In this document: one piece after another, positions 20,842 through 29,622 of the stretch
Numbering within the stretch: position 1 is the first letter of the stretch
Layout: each line of letters starts with the position of its first letter
Source of the DNA: TPA_inf: Saccharomyces
Lineage: Eukaryota
Direction: 5' to 3'
Assembly: GCA_000146045.2 (NCBI GenBank)
Contig: BK006949.2
Location: 704,001 to 768,000, forward strand
DNA: 64,000 nucleotides
Program-made: the position numbers and the translations under genes
Notes under the pieces: model-generated
Database searches by the model: none
What the model saw: the letters and a program-made list of their open reading frames with translations, nothing else
What the model was told of the DNA's origin: nothing

Positions 20842-21144
20842 TCAAAGTACTATATCTACTGCCTTTCTTTCCACTTGGTGCCTTTTACCCTGAAAGTCTA
20901 ATGAGCAGGTAGTATAAGAGAAGCAGCTTCTGAAGAAGAGTTCTTTGTACAATAAACCGGCCTTGTGGTGCGAGAGAGGCTTGTAATATAGATTATACTG
21001 AAGCCTGTTGAACTTAGCGTCTATTTTCTTTTCGTTCCCTATATCACTTTTCCTAATATTTTCAACATCTCCTTTACGCCAAAAACAAGAAAAAGGACGA
21101 GATGGCCTTGGGTTTTTAATGCTTACGCCTGTTTCGCCTCTCAT
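20842..21144 (-). CDS. YPR096C, small uncharacterised protein, 100 aa
   Basis: ATG (cat at 21142-21144) opens a 100-codon ORF in the SYT1/YPR097W intergenic region. This is the size I recall for YPR096C. I see no domain evidence. Confidence 0.45.
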   Translation of the reverse strand: MRGETGVSIKNPRPSRPFSCFWRKGDVENIRKSDIGNEKKIDAKFNRLQYNLYYKPLSHHKAGLLYKELFFRSCFSYTTCSLDFQGKRHQVERKAVDIVL

Positions 21145-21393
21145 AAGACAGATAAATGTACGTTAACCATTTGACAGTTAACTTTTTAGGCGTGAACAAG
21201 GAACGTATTAAAGTGTTTTTCGAATAATTGATCACTTTCTAGCTTTCATTCTTTTTTAAGAGCTACATCCAATTACTGTGCATTGGGCTCTATAAAAAAA
21301 GAAAAACGAACCTTACCTTGTGGTCGGAATTGTGTACTGAAATCAGTGGTTGAAGATAATTGTACTAAAGAATCAAAAATAGACAGTCTTCAA

Positions 21394-24300
21394 ATGATTA
21401 CTCAAGACACTCCTGCTTTAAATCCAACGGAAGAACACTACCTGAAGAGGGAACTGCTTCGATGTCAATTGGATTATGAAATTGGAAAGCTTAACGATCA
21501 GTTTGCTTTGAGAAAGTTCGGTTATCCTTTCTCACCAAACGATCCGACAGCTCCACAGCCTATCTCCAATAACGATTCATCACCAGTGCTCGGTGGCAAA
21601 GGCCATTTTAGCGTTAATTATCCCATGCTGAGTTATGTTTTGCAAGAATTTATATCCACATTTCCTTTACTTTCAACAAATTTGCTAGTTGATGAAAAAT
21701 TCTGGCAGAGTAAGGTTCAAGTGTTCTTTGAACATTTCATGAGTCTTGGGTTTAGTGAAAGTTATGACAGGGAGGAAGCTTCAAAAAGGAAGAAAGTTTC
21801 CAAAAAGCTATCAAAGGTTATCTTGTTGCTCTTTAACTCCGGTGTTGGCTCTTTTCAAGAGCAAGCGTATTATAATGAGGATAAATTCGTTTTACAGTCA
21901 GGCCAAGCGAGAAAACGCTCTAATATTGAGAAATTTGCAATGCCAACTAGAGAAAATTTAGAGAATTTGCTCACTAACGAATCCGTTTTTATTAACGGTT
22001 GGGACGTCAATATTATATCCGTGTTCAATAAGAATTCACGGAAATGTACTGAAAGTGTGGATAATGACAAGTCTAGTAAATCTACTCCAACTTCGAGTCC
22101 CAAAAGCCATGCTATAAAATCATTTGCTTCCACTTCTAAATGGATGAAGAATGCCTTCAACAACACTATTAACAGTACCATAAATAGTATGCCCGAATCC
22201 TCAGCATCTTTATTTTCGAAATTATCCCTTGGCGTGCCTTCAACTAAGAGCAAGCAATCTAGAAAACATCATTATTTCTTGATTAAGATTAAGAAGCAAG
22301 ATGACGACGACCAAGATAACAGCAATGAAGAGAATAGTAATCTTGATCACCATGCTGGTTATTTCTATGTGACAAGAACATACAGCGACTTCAAAAAACT
22401 ATCTCATGATTTAAAATCAGAATTTCCGGGGAAGAAATGTCCGCGCTTACCTCATAGAAATAAAAAAGTGACGTCTATGATAACTAAAACCGAAGTGTTA
22501 CACAATGGGCAAACTAAATCAGCAGCCAGGGAAAAAATCGTCAACACTTTTGACACTGATTTACAATCTGCATCAGAGTCTGATAATTCTTCATTTTTAC
22601 AGACAACGAATGAATTATCTGCTACAGAAACAGTACTCACAGAAAAAGAAACTGAAACGTTGAGAAAAAATATTCTAAATGAGATCAAGGAAGAAGATAA
22701 TATTGATGAGGACGAGTATGAGGAAGAAGGTGAAGGTGAAGAAAGTGATTTTGATGAATATAAAGATGCATCCGATTCAAAAATCAATACTTTGGTGGGT
22801 GAAAAAATGAGAACTTCATTAAGACAATATTTAAGGACTTTGTGTAAAGATGCAGAGGTTTCTCAAAGCTCATCTATTCGTCGCTTCTTCCTAAGTGGGC
22901 CTAATTTAGATATTAAGGACATAAATCCGAAAATAGCAGATGACATTAGAAACAGGGCTCTGATAGATGTAAGTAATTTGGAGAACCAAATACGTTTCCA
23001 ACAGATGGCGTTAGAAAAGTCTTTAAAGCTGCAAGACTCAATGAAAGATTTCAAAACATCCCTGTTAAAAGATGAAAAATACTTGATGAGTCTACTAGTA
23101 GAAATCAAGGACAATACGAAAGTTGAAGACCTGTCACCACTTTTACAAGACTTTGTGGAATGGTGTAAGATTTATATTTCCTCAATGATTTATCAAATGT
23201 TTCTGGGTAACGATAACAGTTATGAACTCTATACACAAATAAGACGGTTACATAAGCTTATGCCGTACACAGTAATGGGACAGATCATGAAATTTACTAA
23301 TCCAATAGCGATCATGAGGGGTATGATTGAATTATTTATGGCACAACCCTTCGGTGGTCATTCGCTCCTTCAAACAATGTTTTCTACGATATTAACAGAT
23401 GATTTGAAAACTCAAAAGGTAGCTATAAAGGAATTAGAAAGGAAAATTGCTGAGATGGACCCGGGCGCTTCAGTTGTGACTAAATGCTTGAAGGATTTTG
23501 TCTTTAATAATGATACTAAGGATGAGCATGATACTAAACTCTTTACTATGGACGCAGTAAATGCAGAATCCGAATCCATGAACATGCCTGTACCATTGAT
23601 AGTATTAATGAAAAGTGCAGCTGCAAATCTAATTCCAGACGAGGTTGTCGCGGGACTTATTGAATCCTATTCATCATGGAAACTGCAAAAAGAAGACACG
23701 GATGCCTTGAATGTAACCAGCGAAGATCAGTCAGGTATTTATTTCACACACGTCAAAGATTTATGGCAATTGTATATTAAAGAACATGATAAACAGCTAA
23801 TGAGGCAGCTATGGCAAGATCCTGAGTTAACCCAAATGCTAAAGGCAATTGTCACTATGATTTACGAACCTATGGTCAAGATCTTCAAAGTTGCAAGGAT
23901 GGATGTTGCTTTGAAAAATTTTGAGAAGTTCATGAGTGATTTGATCAGGCTTGTTGATGATGTTATCAATGGTCAGTTGGGCGTTTCCACACAGTTCGAT
24001 GTCGTGGAAGAAATCCATAACTTAGTAACCAAACATCAAGATGCCTTTTTTGAGTTTATTCATGATGTATATTTGAACGATTCAGAGGGCATTTTTGAAG
24101 GTTTTATTACTTGGATTACTACGATAGTGAAATTTTTGCAAAAGAGTAAATTCGGAGGACCGAGTGAAAGGATCGACTTCAATAAGTTAATTTGTAGAGA
24201 TGATATCGATATTGATGTCAAACTTTTGAAAGTTCAAGTTAATAATGTTCTTAATAAAAAGATTGGTGCGAGAAAAATCTATAAGAAGTTGTTAGATTTG

Positions 24301-24615
24301 AAGGTTAAACAAGGTACTAAACAAAATAACAAACACGCTGCTGGCATACTTCAAAAGAATTGGAGTGACATAAACTCCTTGGTTATGCCATCCAGCTCTG
24401 GATCTTTTGGACTTGGAGATGGTGATTTGGTGGATTTGGATCTCGATACAGGTGATTACGATTTTTTACATAAAGAGAATGAAGTTGAATTAGAAAAGCA
24501 ATACAAAGATTTATTGAATCTTGTTGTTGATGAAAGTGAAATTGATAAATTGAGATCTCAAGTTTTCGCACAGGAATTAAAAAATTATTTAGAAGCTCAA
24601 ATTGCTAAAAAGTAG
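21394..24615 (+). CDS. YPR097W, PX-domain protein, 1073 aa
   Basis: The track's start at 21283 is TTG. The first ATG, at 21394 (MITQDTPALNPTEEHYLKRELLRC...), gives 1073 aa, which matches YPR097W. It has an acidic low-complexity middle region. Confidence 0.85.
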   Translation: MITQDTPALNPTEEHYLKRELLRCQLDYEIGKLNDQFALRKFGYPFSPNDPTAPQPISNNDSSPVLGGKGHFSVNYPMLSYVLQEFISTFPLLSTNLLVDEKFWQSKVQVFFEHFMSLGFSESYDREEASKRKKVSKKLSKVILLLFNSGVGSFQEQAYYNEDKFVLQSGQARKRSNIEKFAMPTRENLENLLTNESVFINGWDVNIISVFNKNSRKCTESVDNDKSSKSTPTSSPKSHAIKSFASTSKWMKNAFNNTINSTINSMPESSASLFSKLSLGVPSTKSKQSRKHHYFLIKIKKQDDDDQDNSNEENSNLDHHAGYFYVTRTYSDFKKLSHDLKSEFPGKKCPRLPHRNKKVTSMITKTEVLHNGQTKSAAREKIVNTFDTDLQSASESDNSSFLQTTNELSATETVLTEKETETLRKNILNEIKEEDNIDEDEYEEEGEGEESDFDEYKDASDSKINTLVGEKMRTSLRQYLRTLCKDAEVSQSSSIRRFFLSGPNLDIKDINPKIADDIRNRALIDVSNLENQIRFQQMALEKSLKLQDSMKDFKTSLLKDEKYLMSLLVEIKDNTKVEDLSPLLQDFVEWCKIYISSMIYQMFLGNDNSYELYTQIRRLHKLMPYTVMGQIMKFTNPIAIMRGMIELFMAQPFGGHSLLQTMFSTILTDDLKTQKVAIKELERKIAEMDPGASVVTKCLKDFVFNNDTKDEHDTKLFTMDAVNAESESMNMPVPLIVLMKSAAANLIPDEVVAGLIESYSSWKLQKEDTDALNVTSEDQSGIYFTHVKDLWQLYIKEHDKQLMRQLWQDPELTQMLKAIVTMIYEPMVKIFKVARMDVALKNFEKFMSDLIRLVDDVINGQLGVSTQFDVVEEIHNLVTKHQDAFFEFIHDVYLNDSEGIFEGFITWITTIVKFLQKSKFGGPSERIDFNKLICRDDIDIDVKLLKVQVNNVLNKKIGARKIYKKLLDLKVKQGTKQNNKHAAGILQKNWSDINSLVMPSSSGSFGLGDGDLVDLDLDTGDYDFLHKENEVELEKQYKDLLNLVVDESEIDKLRSQVFAQELKNYLEAQIAKK

Positions 24616-24946
24616 GCCCTTTCTAGTATCTCCTTTATTCGTTTTTATTCGTTACGATTTTCCGGCTTAATAATATAGGATTGCTAGGTCTATATATAAG
24701 AAAAGCTTGTAGAAATAAAAAAATAGAAAAAACTTCAAGATAAATATTGTTCTCTTTTATTTTAAGATCCTACAAACAGCACAATTCCCCTTTTAGTTAT
24801 TTTTAGCCAAGATCAGGATAGCAGAGAACTGAGTCCCTTATTCTTTAATTGAGGGTCAAAAAATTCCGATTGCGAACTTCATCTCCACCTTGGCAAAGGA
24901 ATGACGAAAAAATGATCTTGCATATATATATTTACTTGTAAAATAA

Positions 24947-25527
24947 TTATTTTGGAATTTTTCTTAACAAACCACCTGACAAACAAACACCGTACGCAAG
25001 CATCCCGCAAACATTAGAAAGATTGAACAAAAGACTCAATCCGTGCGACTTGCCAAATTCTTTACGTAATATAGCATCCTTTGCTTCCAATTCACTACCC
25101 GTGTATTTCTTCGCAATATTCTTTCTTTGTTCTTTAACTTTATGGGTCCAGGGCAACAACCAAAACAAATTGGTTAGCCCACTGACAGATGCAACCACCA
25201 AAGAAGATAATGGTCCTGTTGTCAAGGCAATTGGAGCGGTAAGGGCCAGGATGACAGGTGATGCCGCTTGCATTTGGAAAAAATACGGGAAGATCTTATT
25301 TTGCAAAGCAGAAAATTGGTCTTTTTCAAGAACTTTGAATGCGATTGGAGAAGCTACATAGGAATAAAACGTCGTTCCTCCAAATCTGAAAGATTAAGTT
25401 GGTACATAAAAGTTGTTAGTCAGTTATTCTCAATTAATCATAATTGTTCAAATTTTTTCTTGTGTCTTAATCTGTACATACACAAAGGAATAAAAAAGCA
25501 AATGAGCCGTAGTTTTGACTAAACACA
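24947..25527 (-). CDS. YPR098C, small mitochondrial outer-membrane protein, two exons (25481..25527 and 24947..25385), 161 aa
   Basis: Exon 1 is ATG TGT TTA GTC ... (ATG at 25527-25525) and ends at a GUAUGU donor (plus acatac at 25475-25480). A branch-point-like GACUAAC lies at plus 25415-25421, and the acceptor is uuucag| (AG at plus 25386-25387). Exon 2 continues in the frame of the 24947..25306 track ORF. In total 47 + 439 nt gives 161 aa, matching YPR098C. Confidence 0.8.
25386..25480 (-). other. Spliceosomal intron of YPR098C (95 nt)
   Basis: The donor is GUAUGU, a branch-like GACUAAC lies 28 nt upstream of the acceptor, and the acceptor is UUUCAG. Splicing restores the downstream reading frame. 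Confidence 0.75.
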
Positions 25528-25760
25528 TTTTTCGTTGTTAAGTTTACTGGACTGTAAAGCGTAGTTTGATCTGCCTATATCATCAAACAACTCCATTTAA
25601 CTCCCTTAAATAATACTATTCTTTTCTGTAAGTTTATCGCACTATACGTTACGGTGCTTTCCGTCTTTTTCGGATGAGGGATGCTCATAAGAATTACAAC
25701 AAATCATAAGCCCTGAGATAAAAAAGATCAATCAATACGATTATCATAAACCATGACTAA

Positions 25761-26213
<453 letters not shown>

Positions 26214-26491
26214 CTTTAGTATATAAGAAAATTCTAGAAATAGAGAGAGATAATTATACTTGTATATATAATTTGGGGCAGATAAGACTCCTGATATTTA
26301 AGATTTAAAGTCAATTTTGCCATTGTTATATGATCATGTCCTGAAATATGACCTCTTGTATTTGGTTACCCGCTTTACACCCTGCAAATCACACTAGTCT
26401 AATAAATATGGAATAAGACTGAAACATATAAAAGATGTAACTTCTAGGATATCTGAAAGAGCAACCGTACGGTATTCAACGTTTAGATTTG

Positions 26492-27019
26492 ATGGACGGC
26501 CTTAGCTTTGTTGATAAAGGGAAAATACCAGATGGTTACAAAAATGAAATAGATCAATTAGTAAAGAAGGAATTTGCGAATATAAAAAGAGAGCCTGTTC
26601 ATCCCGAAATACGAGGTATACTTGCGAAGAGAAAGGGGGCCGATAATAGTGTTTCTACGCTTACAAATGCATTGTACACCGAATACTTGAAACAACGTAA
26701 TAACAAAAAAAGGCGAACACCGGATTTTAATGACGACGATGATACTTTATTTTTGGAAGAGTATAGAAGGAAATACCCGAGGATTGATACTTCCAGATAC
26801 ATACCGAACGAGTCTTCCGAAGTTAGCTTGTTAGGAATTGTAGATTCTTATTTAAAACATCAGGAAATAGTTTTGGATACACTTCTACCGCAAACGGTAT
26901 CGAATCAATGGAGAATTAATAATGATTATATTCGTCAAACGTGTACTATAGTGGAAGAAATGAACATCCAGCAGAGGAAACAAATTAACGATTTGGAAAT
27001 ATACAGAAAGAGGTTATAA
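26492..27019 (+). CDS. SNT309: SNT309 (YPR101W), NineTeen-complex splicing factor, 175 aa
   Basis: The track's start at 26489 is TTG. The next codon is ATG (26492), which gives the 175 aa known for Snt309. Confidence 0.85.
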   Translation: MDGLSFVDKGKIPDGYKNEIDQLVKKEFANIKREPVHPEIRGILAKRKGADNSVSTLTNALYTEYLKQRNNKKRRTPDFNDDDDTLFLEEYRRKYPRIDTSRYIPNESSEVSLLGIVDSYLKHQEIVLDTLLPQTVSNQWRINNDYIRQTCTIVEEMNIQQRKQINDLEIYRKRL

Positions 27020-27223
27020 TGTCGCAATGGACCTTTATTATTATAAATGTGGCGGCAAATCGTGGAAGGATATTGGATCGCTCGCCATAGAAGTCCTTAG
27101 CGCGCATGTACAATAACATAGAGTTTCATCTTGGTTTAAAATTCATAATTTTATTAATTGGTTACAAAAAAAACATAGATATGAGTATATAAATGTATTA
27201 TATTTCTTCACAAACTAATTAAA

Positions 27224-27748
27224 TTATTTGTCCAAAACATCAGCATCGTACTTTTGCTTGAACCAAGAGACGGTGTCTTCCTTAGTTGTCTTGTGGGAGT
27301 TACCAACGGTACCCTTACATCTCTTTCTTCTAGTGACTCTAGCACCTGGTCTGTTCATGACGACATAGAAATCCATACCGAAAATACCGATGGATGGGTC
27401 ATACTTGATACCCAAGTCAATGTGTTCGTCAATACCGAAACCGAAGTTACCGGTAGCAGAGAAGTTTCTGTCTCTCAATTGGTATTCCTTGACCTTCAAA
27501 CCTCTTTCCAAAATTTCTTCAGCCTTTGGACCTCTGACGGTAACGTGAACAGCAATTTTTTCGTTTCTTCTGATACCGAAAGTTCTGACAGTGTATCTGG
27601 CCTTGGATTGAACTGGAGTTTGACCAGATAATTGCTCTAAAACCTTGGAGGCTCTGGTCAATCTGTCACCAGATTCACCAACAGAAATGTTTAAGACCAA
27701 CTTTTCGATCTTCAAATCACGCATAGGGTTTTGAGCTTTGGCAGACAT
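27224..27748 (-). CDS. RPL11A: RPL11A (YPR102C), 60S ribosomal protein L11 (uL5), 174 aa
   Basis: ATG (cat at 27746-27748) opens a 174-aa [46 protein letters not shown]..., which is unmistakably uL5. It has no intron. The A copy is assigned from its chromosome XVI neighbours. Confidence 0.95.
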
Positions 27749-27967
27749 CTTTGGCTATGTTTGTATGTTCTTGGTTCACCTTCCCTTCCACTGAAAAAAA
27801 AATAATATTAGTTGAAATACAATAAAATATGAACTAAGAAAGAAGCCTGCGGTTACTATCAAGATGTATCAAACAATGAAACTTTCGCATAGCTGAGTGG
27901 TAAGTGGGCTACCTTTGCTAGTGAAACAATAATTCCCTGCAAAGTGAAAAAGTTCGATTGGAAACTG

Positions 27968-27994
27968 GTCACGTGGATGTGAGTCTATTACCCG
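27968..27994. promoter_or_regulatory. Cbf1 E-box GTCACGTG (27968-27975) and Reb1 site TTACCCG (27988-27994) in the RPL11A/PRE2 divergent intergenic region
   Basis: Exact consensus matches read directly from the sequence. Confidence 0.4.
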
Positions 27995-28103
27995 TAGAGT
28001 CTGCGCGCTGTTTGCGTCGCTCTCTGTATTTCTATGGATTTCACCGTTCTTTTTTCATTTATACAAAAAAGACAGAACTTAATGAAATAATCGCATCGTC
28101 AGT

Positions 28104-28116
28104 ACACCCATACCTT
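28104..28116. promoter_or_regulatory. Rap1 binding site ACACCCATACCTT, about 355 bp upstream of the RPL11A ATG
   Basis: It matches the Rap1 consensus ACACCCRYACAYM and lies at the distance typical for ribosomal-protein promoters. Confidence 0.55.
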
Positions 28117-28193
28117 TAGGATGGTTGGATGTTGCGCTGTCGCAGGAAAGAGCCTCTCCGGGTATTATGTGATATGAGGGAAAACAGCAAAAG

Positions 28194-28202
28194 GGTGGCA
28201 AA
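28194..28202 (+). promoter_or_regulatory. PACE (Rpn4-binding) element GGTGGCAAA, about 150 bp upstream of PRE2
   Basis: It is a perfect 9-mer, and PRE2 is a proteasome subunit gene. Confidence 0.6.
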
Positions 28203-28348
28203 ACGAAGAATAGCACTCCTTCAATAATGCAAGGTGAATTGTAAAGAAAGGCTTCAATATATCAATTTTCAAAAGAGAATAACAAATTTACTATTAAATT
28301 GAATAGATAGAAAGAAACCAGAAAGAAAAGAAGGAAAAAAAAACAAAC

Positions 28349-29212
28349 ATGCAAGCTATTGCCGATAGTTTCAGTGTACCAAACAGATTGGTTAAGGAAC
28401 TTCAATATGACAACGAACAAAACTTAGAGAGCGATTTCGTAACGGGCGCCTCCCAGTTTCAACGTTTGGCACCATCGCTTACGGTTCCACCAATTGCGTC
28501 TCCACAGCAGTTTTTAAGAGCACACACAGATGATTCACGAAACCCAGACTGTAAAATCAAGATCGCACATGGTACTACAACCTTAGCATTTAGATTTCAA
28601 GGCGGTATTATTGTGGCAGTAGATTCTCGTGCCACTGCCGGCAATTGGGTTGCTTCTCAAACTGTGAAGAAAGTTATTGAGATCAACCCATTTTTATTGG
28701 GTACAATGGCTGGTGGTGCGGCAGATTGTCAATTTTGGGAAACTTGGCTAGGTTCTCAGTGTAGGCTGCACGAGCTGAGGGAAAAGGAACGTATATCTGT
28801 CGCAGCCGCATCCAAGATTTTAAGCAATTTAGTATACCAATATAAAGGGGCCGGTTTATCAATGGGTACTATGATCTGTGGTTACACTAGGAAGGAGGGC
28901 CCAACCATTTATTACGTCGACTCAGACGGTACAAGATTAAAAGGTGACATATTCTGCGTTGGTTCAGGTCAAACATTTGCATATGGTGTTCTAGACTCTA
29001 ACTATAAATGGGATTTATCCGTTGAAGATGCTTTATATCTAGGTAAGAGATCTATTTTAGCTGCTGCCCATAGAGATGCTTACTCTGGTGGTTCTGTAAA
29101 TTTATATCATGTTACCGAGGATGGTTGGATATATCACGGTAATCATGACGTAGGTGAACTATTTTGGAAGGTCAAGGAAGAGGAAGGATCTTTCAACAAC
29201 GTTATTGGCTAA
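28349..29212 (+). CDS. PRE2: PRE2 (YPR103W), 20S proteasome beta5 (chymotrypsin-like) subunit, 287 aa
   Basis: ATG at 28349 opens a 287-aa ORF. It has a propeptide and then a mature N-terminus ...[25 protein letters not shown]. Confidence 0.95.
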
Positions 29213-29622
29213 ATAGAAGCATCAAACATATGTATATGCACATCTATATTAATGATACATTATTCTCTTCAAGGATCCAATATGGCTTCCCATAGAATTA
29301 TGAAGGAAGTCCAGTTCTCATGTTTCCAATCATCACATCTATATATTTTTATATAATTATATCTTTAAGTATTGTTCGGTAATATGAGGACAGACGCCAT
29401 CAATGCAAACAAAAAGTGAAACCCGAAATCAAACGAAGTGAATAAGTAGTTGTAGAGGCGACCCGATGGAAAATTTTGTAAAAATCGAAGACTGAATCTC
29501 AACAACGCAAAACAGAATAGGACGCATAGATTCATACCTATTACTATGGCTTGATCCGATCTATCTTTATGAAAAGATTTATGCTTCTACTTCGAATATG
29601 CTAATACTATTATCGAAATTTT

